A DNA stretch of 64,000 nucleotides from Tubiluchus corallicola (taxonomy: Eukaryota > Animalia > Priapulida). Every line of letters starts with the position of its first letter. The first letter of the stretch is position 1. The position numbers and the translations under genes were made by a program. The notes beneath the pieces were generated by a model that did not search any database, was not told where the DNA came from, and saw only the letters and a list, made by a program, of their open reading frames with translations. Below, in pieces: positions 25,100 through 50,033 of the stretch. Where the stretch lies: NCBI GenBank assembly GCA_030141605.1, contig JAQGDQ010000292.1, forward strand, positions 1 to 64,000. Direction: 5' to 3'.

Positions 25100-25560
25100 C
25101 ATGTTGGACAAACCTATGTATGATGATGGTAGGAAACATAATTCATACCTGATTATTATTATCAAATTCATACCTGGATGTACATTGAATGATTATGATG
25201 ATAGGTAGGAAAGTTTTAATGATGAGATGGCCATACATAATCAAAAATGAGGATTTAGACACCAGAACAAAAGAAATTTATTGAAGTTCAAAAGTCAAGA
25301 TCCGAAGAATAAGATGGCTACGACACCTCTAAGATTACCAAATGAAGCACCAGTAAGAATCGCTTTAAAGGAAGCCTTAGCACCTTGCCAAAAACCACCT
25401 GATAAACCTAAACCAACTTGGATAGCTAAGATAAATAAAGATGTTCAACCAAATCTATCTTTAGTTTAGGAGTAGAAGAACTTACGCTGTTAGCTGTAGA
25501 TAGAAGAGGGTGGAATACTCTGATAAATGTTGATACCTCGATGCCTACAACAGGTGGAAT
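25100..25560 (+). mobile_element. RTE-type LINE 3' fragment, decayed
   Basis: LRLPNEAPVRIAL..KP.PTW followed by LAVDRRGW, typical of RTE C-termini. Confidence 0.55.
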
Positions 25561-25763
25561 GAGATATTGAAGAAGAATGATTAAAACAGTGTTTTGTGTT
25601 AAAATTAAAACACTTTTATGCTTATCTGCCATCTAAGGAGATTTTTTCTTAATTTTTCCCATTGTTTTATAAAATCTGTTTGATAACTTCTGATTTTCTG
25701 TTATCCATAATTTACTAATTGTCACACAGAATATAATTTTATTGTTTATAGTTATATGTAATA

Positions 25764-28700
25764 TTTGATTGATTGATTGAATATGTTTATTGACATAAAC
25801 ATATGATAATAACAATGTAATAATTCATGTGTTAATTAATACTGTAAAATGTTATTAAAGCTGTTTCCAGCCCACTTGGGCTTACAAGTCAATTTCATGA
25901 AAATTTATCACATAATAACTGTGCAGTTCATTTACATAGAATATCAAATAAAAGAAAATATATAATATGGAATTTTAACATATACCTGAATGGACAAGTC
26001 ATGTATTAAATATATATCTTGCTTTGCCTCATTCTAAAAATCTTTTAAGCATATTTTGCAGTCCTAAGGACATTCTCTTCTGACATAATATATTTCCATT
26101 TATTTACATTATCTAATTGTTCCGGGTCCATGTTAATATCTTGGAAAAATTCTTCTCTCTCTAGTCTATAATGTGTACAAACAAACATAAAGTGAGATTC
26201 ATCTTCTACATCTCCACAGCAACATATCTTACACAAACGTTCACCAACCTTAACATTTCTAAACCTACCATGCTCCAGTTTCAGGGGAAGAGTACCACTT
26301 CTTAGCTTTGCAAGCACAGACCTGTATTTTCCTTGCATATTAATATAAACATATGGTTCTACTCCAAAGCTGTTCTTATACAATATATATGTTCTAAGTT
26401 TAGGGTAATCTGCATTTTTTGCTTTCCAATCAACACAGTGTTTCTCATACAGCTGTGCCCATGCTCTGCTAAGAGGTACAGTATCCATATTAACAAAAGC
26501 TTGCTGGAACCCTGCTTCCTCTAGGACTTTAGAAATTTCATATGACCAACCAACGTTGGTATTACGGTCCCAAAGAAATATTCTCTTAACAAGTCTAGAA
26601 TTATCAAATGTTAAAAGACGATTCCAATACCTTATCATAGATAACTTTCTTCTAACTGAAGATGGTGACCATCCCATATCACCCTGTATACATTGATTAG
26701 CAGCAAAATTATGAACACCAAGAAATATTCTTAATGCCTTATTCTGGACAGTATCAATTTTAGGGTACTTGTTATATCCCCATACTTCTGAACCATAATC
26801 AAGTATAGGACATACACCTTCATTGAATAACTTAGTAAAAGAATAATAACCCAGCCCATTTAACTTTTTATATTTACCAATCAAGGCACCCAGAGCTCTA
26901 CTGCCTGAGTCTGCCAGTACTTGTGCTGTAACCTTATAATCTAAATGTTCATTAAGATAAATCCCCAGATACTTATACCTATCTACAGTGCTCAAAATCT
27001 GATCACTAAGTTTAAATAGTACATCAGTTTGATTCACTTGGGGTTTTCTGAAATGGACAACATTTGACTTTTTACTGTTAAATTTGAGTCTCCATTTCTT
27101 TCCCCACTCAGTGATCTTATCTAACATTTTCTGAAGATCTTCTTCAGATTCTGCTAAAATTACAACGTCATCAGCATACATTAAAATACAAATCTTATCA
27201 TTACCAACAGGAATACCAATATTTAGGGACTTTACATCATCTGCCATATCATTTATATACAAGCTGAACAGGGTTGGTGACAAAGTGTCTCCCTGCCTGA
27301 CACCATATTCACATTTAAATTTATCATTGAGGATACCATTTAGATTCACAGCACTATAGGTATCTGAAAGAATATTCTTAATGCTGCTATACATTTTACC
27401 ATCCACATTGTGACATAACAACTTATACAACAGGAGATCACGATCTACACGATCAAATGCTTTTTCAGCATCGATGAAACAAGCATATGTGCTCTTATTC
27501 ATACTCATTCTGTTTCTCAGTATAGATGTTAACACATAAATATGATCAGTGCAAGATCTTTTCGACCTAAAGCCATTTTGTTCATCGCAGTAAATACCAT
27601 TCTCCTCCATGTATGCAGCTAATCTCACATTAATGACACCAGTATACAATTTATACACTGTGGAGAGCAAAGAAATTCCCCTATATTGCATAGGCAATTT
27701 GGGATCTATAAGAGAACCTTTGGGTATGGGTTTTATAATGGCATATTTCCATACTGAGGGGATAACTCCAGTGTTAAATATCTTATTAAATAAAACAGAG
27801 AGCACACTAATAGACTGATTTAGCTTTAAAATCTCATTAGGGAGATTGTCATACCCAACTGCTTTCTTATTTTTGGCCCTCCTCACAACTTTCTCTACAT
27901 CCTCCTGTGTGATATCCCTATTCAAAAACATGTTGGAATTTGAGTAATCAAGTTGAGACTCCAAATTTGCTTTCTGTTGCATTGCATTTATATAAAATTC
28001 ATCATTGAAGATGCCACACTCAGTAGGTCCACTGAAAAGTGTACCAAATTCATGCTTCCATTTATTCAGTACATCTTCATGATTTACATTAATGGACCCA
28101 TCTTCATTATATACAGCCATTGGTATCTCTTGCTTACTTTGTGGACCAAGTTTTTTGATCTCTTGCCAAAAGGACTTGGGATCATCAACATTTAATTGTT
28201 CAATATCACAAATTTTTTGCCTTTGATAATTCCTTTTTTCCTTTTTATAAATCTGATCAAATTTGTGTTGACAGTCTATAAATACCTTTCTAGCCTGTTT
28301 TCGTCCACTACTGTGCTGAGGAAGGGATAAATACTGTTTCTCAGCATCACATAAACTTTTCCATAAATCTGTAAGTTCCTCTGTCCAAATTGGTTTTATT
28401 GAGTGCCTAAGCCTTTTCTTGGCTTTGGGATTCACATCTCTATATCTCAACCATTTGTCCATTTCACTGTAGTACAATTGACAAAATTCACTATAAAGAT
28501 TATCAATTTCAGTTTGACCATCTCTAAAAGATTGTATGTTTTGGATACAATTAGCCAATGCTTGTTTAGACATGTCAGATGAGAACATTTGGTCAGAAAT
28601 ATCAGTCATACAATATCTTCTGTAATATTTATCATCAACTGGCACATTGTCATACAAATCATCATCACCTACAGAATGTGTATCATTATTGTCATTATAC

Positions 28701-28985
28701 TCCTCCGTAGAATAATTAGGTACAATTGTCATTTCTATAAGTGAATGATCAGGGAACTTAGAACCCATCATATTAACATCTGTACACAGTGTACGAGCTA
28801 GGTGTACTCTGAACCTTTTTACATTCTCAATATTATTATGGGGTACAATAAGATAATCCACAACTGAGCTACCACGACCTGGGTCTACAAAGGTAAAGTT
28901 ATCATACTCAGGCTCCACTCGTCCATTTACAACACAAAGCTTACCATCTTTAAGAAATTCTAGTAGAAGGTCACCATGTGTAAAC
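25764..28985 (-). mobile_element. 5'-truncated non-LTR retrotransposon (RTEX-like), young
   Basis: Candidate 8-bp TSD ATGTAATA (25756-63, 28986-93). On the minus strand the 3' end has AATAAA followed by a (TCAA)n tail. Confidence 0.85.
26045..28985 (-). CDS. LINE ORF2: C-terminal part of APE endonuclease, reverse transcriptase and Cys/His knuckle (no native start)
   Basis: GSSVVDY and PDH (endonuclease end); YRGISLLS, EQNGFR, FIDAEKAFD, GVRQGDTLSP, YADD, YKYLG; CKICCCGDVEDESHFMFVC. Uninterrupted for ~980 codons. The first ~19 aa of the listed 999-aa ORF come from flanking DNA. Confidence 0.9.
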
Positions 28986-29094
28986 ATGTAATAAATAAGT
29001 GCCATGTGTAAACATTCACTTGGTCTAATTGTTAAGTGTTCCAAAAGTCTAATTTTTTTCTGTGTCGTCGTAGGCAGCTAGCTTATCAATACGT

Positions 29095-30270
29095 AATCCT
29101 GTACCACCAATTTATTAGAGACAGTAGAGGAATGGTCAGAAATTTTGGACTCAGGTGACCAAGTGGATGCAGTAAACTTTAACTTTTTCAAGGCATTCGA
29201 CCGAGTTCCTCATGCACGCTTAATGAAGAAACTTTCAGCATGTGGTATTGGAGGCATGGTTTGGCTACGGATCTGCGAATCCCTAAGAGATAGAAAACAA
29301 TGTGTTATTGTCAATGGTAATAAATCTACTCACATCTGGATCCTTTCACATCTGGCATTCCGCAAGGCAGTGTCATCGGACCGTTATTGTTTACGCTTTA
29401 TGTCAACGATTTGCCTAATAACATCACCTGTGCAAGTAAGCTGTTTGCTGATGATACCAAAATATATGACATAGCATCCAACTGAACAATACAAGCTAAT
29501 CTTCAAAACAATATCAAATCAGTGGTGTAACAAAAGCCAAATGGACCTCAACCTGGAGAAATGTAAGGTAATGACTGTGGGTAGAGTTGTTTCCCAGTCT
29601 AACTATGCCATCAGCTCTGGTAATCAAGTGTCAAATATTAGCAAAGTTGATAAGAAAACAGACCTTGGAGTCATTGTAGACAACAGCCTTGACTTCCAGC
29701 CTCATATCGCTTACATCACACAGAAGGCTTTATTACAGATTAACTCTAATCAAGCGCAATTTTCAATTTCTTGATAAAACAATTGTTCTGAGGTTATAGT
29801 CTTTGGTCAGACCCATCCTTGATTACGCAAGTGTAGTGTGGGGGCCCGTCAAGACAACTCTATCCGTGCAGTAGAGAAAATTCAACGAAGAATGACCTGG
29901 CTGATTCCAGAAATGAGTAACCTAACTTATTCACAAAGGCTTCAGGGAATTGGTCTAACCACCCTTAAGAATAGGCACATGAGACAGGATATGATACAAA
30001 CTTTTAGAATTATACATGGTATTGACAAAACACACATGGATGATTATGTTACAAGATGTCAACAACAAGAACAGCAGACAAAAGGCCATTCGTACAAATT
30101 ACACAATTATTGTATTCAGGGCAGTTGATCAAAACGACAGCATGTATTTTCATTCAGGATTGTCAATCCGTGGACCAAGCTTCTATCACATGTTGTTGAG
30201 GCAACAAACATTGAGCAATTTAAGGGACGTCTTGACAAGCACTGGCAGCAGCATTCGTCAAAATTCATAG
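29095..30270 (+). mobile_element. CR1-type LINE fragment, decayed
   Basis: CTTNLLE..EEW...LDSG.QVDA...F.KAFDRVPH, LFADDTK, KCKVM, DLGVIVD, RPILDYASVVW, EKIQRR and TKGHSYKL across frameshifts. Confidence 0.85.
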
Positions 30271-30729
30271 ATCCCATGTTACCCCAATGTGAACAAAATG
30301 TTCTGATGGCATGACCTTCCTCTATCTACGGTGGTGCCACTACATTCAAAATTTCAGTTTTAGATAGTTCAGTATATTGGAGGGGCAAATAACATTTATG
30401 CTAATACCCCCATCTCTGGATTATGGATTATGGTAATATTTAATAAATGTTTTTATATTGTTTGCAGATCTCTCTACATTCACATTGGCAAAAGATACAG
30501 CTTTAATGAATTACATGCAAATTTAAGAGCAGTCATTGCTGGTGCACTCAAGTTTAATATAACTAAACACAAATGGACACGATGGTAGCCACTGAAGACT
30601 TTTTTCGAGGATTTTTGTCTTATATGTTGCAGAATACACAAGTTTATTGGCTCACGAAAATGAGCTTAGTTTGTTTCTGCTTTGTGTATTTTTATAAGTG
30701 CAGTGAATATTTTTAAACAAATTTACATA

Positions 30730-32175
30730 ATGAGCATCAATTTCTGTGTCCCGCTTTATCAGCCACATATCAGTTGTGACAAAGTTAGCTGTGATGATCA
30801 TGGGCCAGAAAAAATTACTACTCAATACGGATTTTTAGCAGAGTATTTTGTCAGACCACCAGTAAATATTACAATTAGTTTTCCCTTCAGTATTCATCTG
30901 TATTATGTTGCTATTTATCCTACAGTGGGCGCACAGAGTTCTACAGGGTTTGAAATATTAACTTCACATTCTTTTGGACATTCGCCATCTTCTTTTAAGG
31001 ACTGTTTAAATCAACCTTATGACTGTAAGTCGGTAAGAGACTATACTTTTGCCTTAAGAGGAAGATCTTACCTGAAATGTGGAGATGCAGTTCCTTCGAA
31101 GTTCGTTTTTGTGAATAAAAGGTTTTCTCCCACAGATGCACACATTAAACTTTTTGGAATTCCTGTTTCGTTGCCTAATGAGGGTACTGTTACTGTCCTT
31201 CGTCATAGTAATGGTAAATCAGCGCTACCATATGTAGATGCCATCCTGATTCGTATTACTGCAACAGCTGGGAGCAGTGTGCCCGCCTTAAAAAGTGTGG
31301 AAGTTTGGGGTTATCCGTCTTCGTCCTGTCCTCAGAGCTTGTTATGTGAAATTGCAAATTTACGAAAAATGCCTTCTAAAAAACCAAAGCAGTGTACTTC
31401 AACATGCAGACTGAAAGCACCTGAAAGTGATGATTCAAAGAAGGCAAGTGAAATTGGAGGAGACATACCAGAGGATTTCCTAGATCCAATCACATGTGAG
31501 CTGATGTCATTGCCTCTTTTACTGCCTTCAGGGCACACTATTGATCAGCAGACGTTAGACAAACATGTTAGCGCAGAACTGCAATGGGGCAGACCCGGAT
31601 GTGATCCATTTACGGGCATGAGATTTAGTGAAAAATCACAACCAGTGATACACGCTGCCTTAAAAATGAGAATAGATGCATTTTTGCTCAAGAATCCACA
31701 CCTTGCAAAAGAAACTGGCCTCTTAGCTGGACATGTTAACTTGTCAAAAAAGCCCGTTGTTAGTAGTATACTTAAACCAGATGTAAAAGTATTATGTGGA
31801 AATACAGTTACGTTAGAAAATGTAGAACATTCAAGCGATGAAGATCATTTTGTGAACTTGTGCGAAGGACGTCCACATAAAAAACAGAAATTGACTAACG
31901 AATCTGCAACACTGAGCTCAGAAACATCACCTCTTGATTCTGCAATGAGCTCTGTTCTATCATTGTTACCAAGTTTTCTTCCATCAAGCAACTCAAAAGT
32001 CAATGAAAATACTTGTTGTCTTTGCAAGAAAGTGAACGAGGCATTATTTTTGTTTCCTTGCAAGCATTTAATGTGCAGACACTGTCTTTTGTTGCAGAAA
32101 CACAAATTGATTATGTGCATGCAATGTCAAAAACATTTCAAGAAAAGTGAAATAACTAGAATACATTTAAGCTAA
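30730..32175 (+). CDS. UBOX5: U-box domain-containing protein 5 (RNF37), U-box + RING E3 ligase (481 aa, single coding exon)
   Basis: N-terminus MSINFCVP..PHISCDKVS..GFLAEYFVRPPV; U-box IPEDFLDPITCELMSLPLLLPSG...DPFTG; C-terminal RING CCLC..PCKHLMCRHC..CMQC. Candidate acceptors end at 30467 and 30632. Confidence 0.93.
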   Translation: MSINFCVPLYQPHISCDKVSCDDHGPEKITTQYGFLAEYFVRPPVNITISFPFSIHLYYVAIYPTVGAQSSTGFEILTSHSFGHSPSSFKDCLNQPYDCKSVRDYTFALRGRSYLKCGDAVPSKFVFVNKRFSPTDAHIKLFGIPVSLPNEGTVTVLRHSNGKSALPYVDAILIRITATAGSSVPALKSVEVWGYPSSSCPQSLLCEIANLRKMPSKKPKQCTSTCRLKAPESDDSKKASEIGGDIPEDFLDPITCELMSLPLLLPSGHTIDQQTLDKHVSAELQWGRPGCDPFTGMRFSEKSQPVIHAALKMRIDAFLLKNPHLAKETGLLAGHVNLSKKPVVSSILKPDVKVLCGNTVTLENVEHSSDEDHFVNLCEGRPHKKQKLTNESATLSSETSPLDSAMSSVLSLLPSFLPSSNSKVNENTCCLCKKVNEALFLFPCKHLMCRHCLLLQKHKLIMCMQCQKHFKKSEITRIHLS

Positions 32176-32483
32176 TAGAAATCTATTTATAAGTTAAACA
32201 GAAGTTACAGAATGACACATTTTGTTATTATTAATAATATATTTGTTATGTAAATTTTTATTAAGGATTTACCAATTATAAGTAGTTTTTTATTGGGTTT
32301 GGTAATTTGTAAATTCCTAATTAAAATTCACAATTTTTAATTGAAGCAGAGGAACCTGTTAACGATAGTTGTTAATGATGGTGTTGTGAATTGCTTAATA
32401 AAATTAATAATTTCTAATTAAACAGGCGATTCATTAATGATAGTTATTAATAACTGTTGTGCCAGTTGAAAAAATTAAACTTT

Positions 32484-44203
<11,720 letters not shown>

Positions 44204-47200
44204 AGCTATAGTCTTTAATAGCTGCTGCTTATGCTAAATATAATGTGTTATTGTAATATTATAGAGGACTTGCAAACTGCATCTTTATTGGGTTCCAACT
44301 GAGAGAGAATAGCGCATGCTAGTCTCTGCTGTAGCCACTTGACTTTTAGGTACATATGCAAATGCAAATATAATTGTACAGTTGCTATTTGATGTTGTGA
44401 TAAGCGAGGTCAATCACATTTATAGCGCACACTTTTCCTGCTCAAAACTGTTTAAAGTTTCTTGCATATACATATAGGTATTATGGTAAAAGCACATTGG
44501 CGCTTCTACGTGCAGGGATTTGAGTAACTGTTGAGTACATATTAAGTAGTAGGCCTAAATAAATTAGATATCATAAAGTTTTAGCAGAAGAGGTGTTGAT
44601 TCTCGGGAATAGGAATTCACTTCACCCAGGCAAAGTTATACAATGTAGTAGCTTTGAGACTCCAATGTAAGTGTTAAATATGACTTACATTTTCATCGAA
44701 ATTATTTTCCTCTCAATGTGGTATTATAACATTAGGCTGACTTCAGGAATTCAAGAAGATATTTAAATACTTTCTTACTGTGGTGAATTATATTGTTTTT
44801 TTAAACAATTATCCGATTATTCAAATAAAAATTTTATTCACTTTCTTTTGTTACATTCTATTACATTTTTGTCCAAAATATATTTTCCTGCAAACTATAC
44901 AGTAAGTAGGATTATATACTTTAAAATAATAAAATTACTTTAAATTTTCCTCTTTAATTATAAACTACGTAGCAGATATCGAAGTGAGAGTAAATGTTAA
45001 TCGAAATTTGTCTAGCATAGTAAAACATAGTGGAGCTAATCTGTGCTATTGATAATCGTGAAAGGCATTATCTAATGCAAAAGAAACTTTTAATGAAACT
45101 GTGGCTGTTTGAGCAATTAAGCTTAAAACTGTGAAACACTGCGTGGCAAAACGTGCATTTTTGATCTTTCTCAATAATCGTGAAACCAGCATCAAAAACG
45201 ACGGCGCTTGCCGTTTCAACACATCATAAAAATGTCAAAATTGCATAGGACATATTTCGTACACACAGTGTTTGCACATTTTGTACAAAGGGCACAAAAT
45301 ACAGTTAATTTTATAAGATTATTTACCACTACAAATTTGGCTGAGTATAGAACACCCAATTTTATTATTGGGTCAGATCAATTAACCATGCAAATAACAT
45401 TCATTGCCATGTCTTTGGGTGCCTTTGCGCTTTTCTTAGAACTCCATAAATTAATAGTTATGACACTAGTGTGGCGGTTTGTAGACATTTTGTAATTAAC
45501 TTTAATTAAATGATTTCATTTGAGATAATTTCCGGTTCTTAGCACTTCTAACTCGGAATTGGGCCACCCAGCGTTAAAGAATAAAGCTGTGGGTAGGAGA
45601 GGCGTTACCTCCCCAGATTGCACTAGCACGCGTTGATTTAGTTCCCACCTATAACCACCACTTTGATTACCTGTGAGTGGTATAGATTAGGGAGCTTATG
45701 GGCAGATTTCACACTGCGACCAGAATTTGCATTTTCTTATCTAAATAGGATCAAAACACAAATTTGCAACATCAATAGGAGCCTAGAAATTGTCTAAAAA
45801 TCAGGGGCAATATCTTCCAAGTACGCCGTTTATTACTTTCACCTCACATAAACTGGGAAAGGAAGTGTTTCTTAATTCTGAGAACAAAATTTTTCTGTTT
45901 AAACGGAACTAAAACTTCTCCAGGAATTAATTTAGTGACCAAACAGTGTGATGACGTTTCTATCCCTGCTGACCTACATCAAGTTTCATTTTATAATTTC
46001 TTAAAATCGACCGAACTATACGGGTTGAATGATACTATAGCAAAAAACGCAATAATTTATTTCAAACTCAAATTTACATACACGATAATACGATTCTTTA
46101 AGACATAGACGTTAAAACAATAAAGTACATGAATCAAATAAATATTAAATAATTAATACTAATAATGACCAGAGTTGTAAAAACAAACGTTACAGGTTCG
46201 TTAATCTCCGTGTAAATAATACCACACAGTAACACATAAATTATATTCTCTTATCTTTGATATACTTTAAAAAGACTTGTCAGTTTCTTAAACAGCTTGT
46301 TGTAAAGTAATAAACTTTATTAATGTGAGTTATTCGCAATTTAGTAAAAAAACGCTGTAAACTATAGTGTCGAAAATATACAACTCTGTATTTTACAAAC
46401 AAATAAAAAGTGATAAATAATGTTTGAATGACTACTATAAAAAGGCTTAAACTATCTAGCATCGTTCTAACAGTATGTACAATACATGTTGAAAGTGAAT
46501 AGCGACATTTCTTCCTAATAATTGTCGTTAAAGGGAAATAGCATAATAATACTTACATTTTTCTTAGTAGTTTACACTGTTAGTGTTTCCACCGACCTTC
46601 TAATGTAATTGAATTATTAGTGAATTATCAGAAGATATCATATGCATAATTTCTTTGAGTTCAATTTCATTTTTTAAAGCACAAAGCATAACAAGTTACA
46701 ATTTAATCTAACGCAGAGAGGATGAAATGGCAGTGCCGGCCTGTAGACATTTCGGGCCCTGCGCAAAGCATACTCTACGCCGCCGACTCATGAAACAGTT
46801 AATGTGTGTTCAGTTTCCTCATTTTATTTTAGTACATTATTAGCAAATGCATAAATGCTAAAGTATACGCAGGAAACCTAACAGTATGCCAACTGACCAA
46901 TGCCAAAACTCTCTGCTATTATTATCAAATCACAAAATCCTTAAGATGTTTTAATTAGCAATAAAATAATCTGCCAAAGTAAATACACAAAATAAATAAG
47001 TAAATAACTTAACTAACTACAACTTTGGCAATTGCAATGTAACAATGCTAAAAACCTAACGTAAAATAAGCAAAGACAGCTATTTCAACCAGTTGTGGGT
47101 ATATAAACACAAAAAATTCATTTGATCTATATACTGCTTTAAAATTTAGAATCAGTCTAATAAGCAAATGTAAAGTGAATAATGAAAGTTAAAGAATAAT

Positions 47201-47394
47201 TAATTTTATTTCTTCGACAGTAAATTCTGCTAAATTTTAGATACCTCTAAACATGTTTGCCTGCCCTGTACGACCGTACGGTTCGCGCACCCTTGGGGAA
47301 TGGATTTTCATCAAGATACGAAAATATGGTGCAATCATGCAATCATGCAACGTTTTAACTGTTGCCTTGTGGACGGACTGTTCTTGTTTAAGCA

Positions 47395-47474
<80 letters not shown>

Positions 47475-47481
47475 CCTCACT

Positions 47482-47545
<64 letters not shown>

Positions 47546-47557
47546 GTCTCTCTCTCT
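47395..47557. repeat. (CT)n microsatellite ~120 nt 3' of the glass stop codon
   Basis: Seen directly. Confidence 0.95.
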
Positions 47558-47676
47558 CGTCATTAGTAAACAGTTACGCTATTTTCAGAGAAACGTTGGA
47601 GATGAGTGGATGGAGAAGAAATAATTGTCATACGAGAAGAATTCTTATGATACGTGAATAAGATTATAGTGAACAG

Positions 47677-48441
47677 TTACACTGTGGAATGAACTCTCAT
47701 GTGCCTCTTCAAATTGCCACTTTGTGAGAATTTCAACAAGCACAAATTACATTGATAAGGTTTTTCTCCACTGTGGATTCTGAGATGTTTTGTCAGAGTT
47801 GAACTGTCAGAAAATGCCTTACTGCAGAGTCGACAACGGTAAGGACGGTCTCCAGAATGGGTTCTCATATGTGTTGTGACAGAGGAACTCTGCGAGAACC
47901 TGCGGTCACAAATGGGACAATGAAAGGGTTTTTCTCCGGAATGTGTCCTGACATGGGCGGTTAAGTTGGCTGCTTGGGAGAAGGATTTGCTACACTCAGC
48001 ACACCTGTATGGCTTTTCCCCACTGTGCGTACGCATGTGTGTCTTCAGTGTGCTAGGACGCGCGTAAGTTTTTCCGCAGATCCGGCACAGATTCGGTTTT
48101 TCCTGACATCGCGACGCTTTCTCGCGATACACAGAGTTCTTCTTGATGATGTAATGCGGCGGGATGTTTCTGGTTGGAGTGTGGTAATTCTGCGGACGGC
48201 TGTAAAGTATTTCTCCGCCAAAATTACCAGCGTAACCTCCTTCGTGTGCTGGCAGATCATGGTGAGTACGATACTGTGAGTAAAAGTCTGATTCTTGGAG
48301 GTGGTGTCCGTGATTGTGGTGACCGTTGACTGGTGTCGTGCCCGACCATTGCTGACCATGTGGATTTTGACCAGGATATCCCATTGACATTGACATCGAG
48401 ACGTTGACATTCATTGTTGGAAACAGCGAGTTTGCCCCATT
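47677..48441 (-). CDS. gl: glass last exon (five C2H2 fingers)
   Basis: [50 protein letters not shown]; TTTGCAG acceptor at 48443-42. Confidence 0.95.
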   Translation of the reverse strand, partial: NGANSLFPTMNVNVSMSMSMGYPGQNPHGQQWSGTTPVNGHHNHGHHLQESDFYSQYRTHHDLPAHEGGYAGNFGGEILYSRPQNYHTPTRNIPPHYIIKKNSVYREKASRCQEKPNLCRICGKTYARPSTLKTHMRTHSGEKPYRCAECSKSFSQAANLTAHVRTHSGEKPFHCPICDRRFSQSSSVTTHMRTHSGDRPYRCRLCSKAFSDSSTLTKHLRIHSGEKPYQCNLCLLKFSQSGNLKRHMRVHSTV

Positions 48442-49986
48442 CTGCAAATTGAAAATGTCCAGATTGGAGTCAGGATTTTCGATATTTCAGCAGATCAGAC
48501 TGCGTATAGTTCGTGTGGCGTAAATCTATAAGAAATTTTTGTTTAAAATGAAAATAACACTGGGCCTGCCATACTAACTGTTTTATCCTCGAATTACTTA
48601 ACTGCCCATCTGTTGTTGTATTATACCGATTCGTATTATATTGATTTCGGGATATATTATATATATATAAGATTCGAGGCTACAGCTCCGTCGACGTCAT
48701 CATTTACGGCGATCTATGCATCAAATGAAAGTCTCGATCTAGTGTCGTCTCATTGATTGTTTATTTTTTTAATCGGACCCACCGAGTGGAAAAGAGAGCG
48801 AAAACTTCCAGAAATGGCCCTTTTCCCTCGTTTTTTGCAAAACTTATACAGCTTATTTCTGGAGAACGGGAATGTGACAGGCACGGTGCCGGTAATGGTT
48901 AGATAGCCCGTTCAACGTTGGATGTAGTAAGCGTATGTAGAATGCGCGGGAGGGCCACGGCGGGGCACGGACCCATCTCCAGATTTTTTGGAAATTTTGA
49001 CCAAAAACCTTCTAAAAAGACATTCTAGCTGCACCTGGTGGGACTCTTGGAAGGAGATATATAGCTCTTTGGAAAAAGCAGGAATGAGGGCTACACAAAG
49101 ATTGGGTCACATTTCAGGACCTCTCCACCAAGAGGAGCTGTGGTGAGTTGATTGGAGGTTCCATTTTGAGTAATTCTTGCTTAGAAAACTGCTGACGAAA
49201 AGTCAATGTTCTGACGTCATCCTTTGTACTCTGTCTATAATTTTGTTTCAGTAAAAGCTGCTGCTAGCTGTTATAATGTAAGCGCTATAGTGGTAGTCTA
49301 TTACGATCAAAAGGAGCAGAATGCAAACACTATGTAGAATGTGCTTGCATTATTGATCATTGGTGTAGTGTGTGTTGTGAGTTGTGAGTGATGTGGCAAG
49401 TGTGGGTGGTGTGATGTGGGTGGGGCGGTGTGGGTAGTGTGGTGGGGTGGTATGGTGTGGGAGGTGTGGTGTTGGTTGTGTGCTCGTTTATGCGCAAAAT
49501 TCTTTTGCGGGGTATGGCTAGTTATAAAGTAACAAAATGCATGTAGTTTTAATTGGCAAGTAGGCGTCAGATTGTAAATAGTATGTATAGGAACATGTTT
49601 ATAGAGGCGATATAATAAACAACCTAATAATGAAAATAAACAATTTTAGTGCAATATTGACTATATTACGTTTATAGAGCACAAAAAAGTTTAAACAGCA
49701 CAAAATACCACGAAATATAATAATCAGTACAAAAGACAATAAACAGCAACTAGGTTACAATTAGTTTAAAAAATCAAAAGACCAGTAGCACAAAAGATCA
49801 CATACAATACAATGATTTAAAATACAGCTAATTATAAGTATTTGCGGTTTGTGAATTTGTGCTTGCAATCCTGAGCTTATGTAGCTTGTGATTTTGTATT
49901 ATATAGAAAAAGAAAGAAATATTTTCTTCGCGTTTATTGTTCTCTGCTGTCTTGTTTTACGTTTTATTGTTGACATTATTATTATT

Positions 49987-50033
<47 letters not shown>

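Noticed and set aside
26045-29044. 999-aa RT ORF as a host gene or a bacterial-type RT system
   Set aside because: APE-RT-knuckle layout, TSD, simple-repeat tail and 5' truncation identify a LINE insertion.
47253-47624. Ser-Leu repeat ORFs (also the ORFs at 19669-19862, 49888-50073 and 50723-50927)
   Set aside because: Microsatellite translations.
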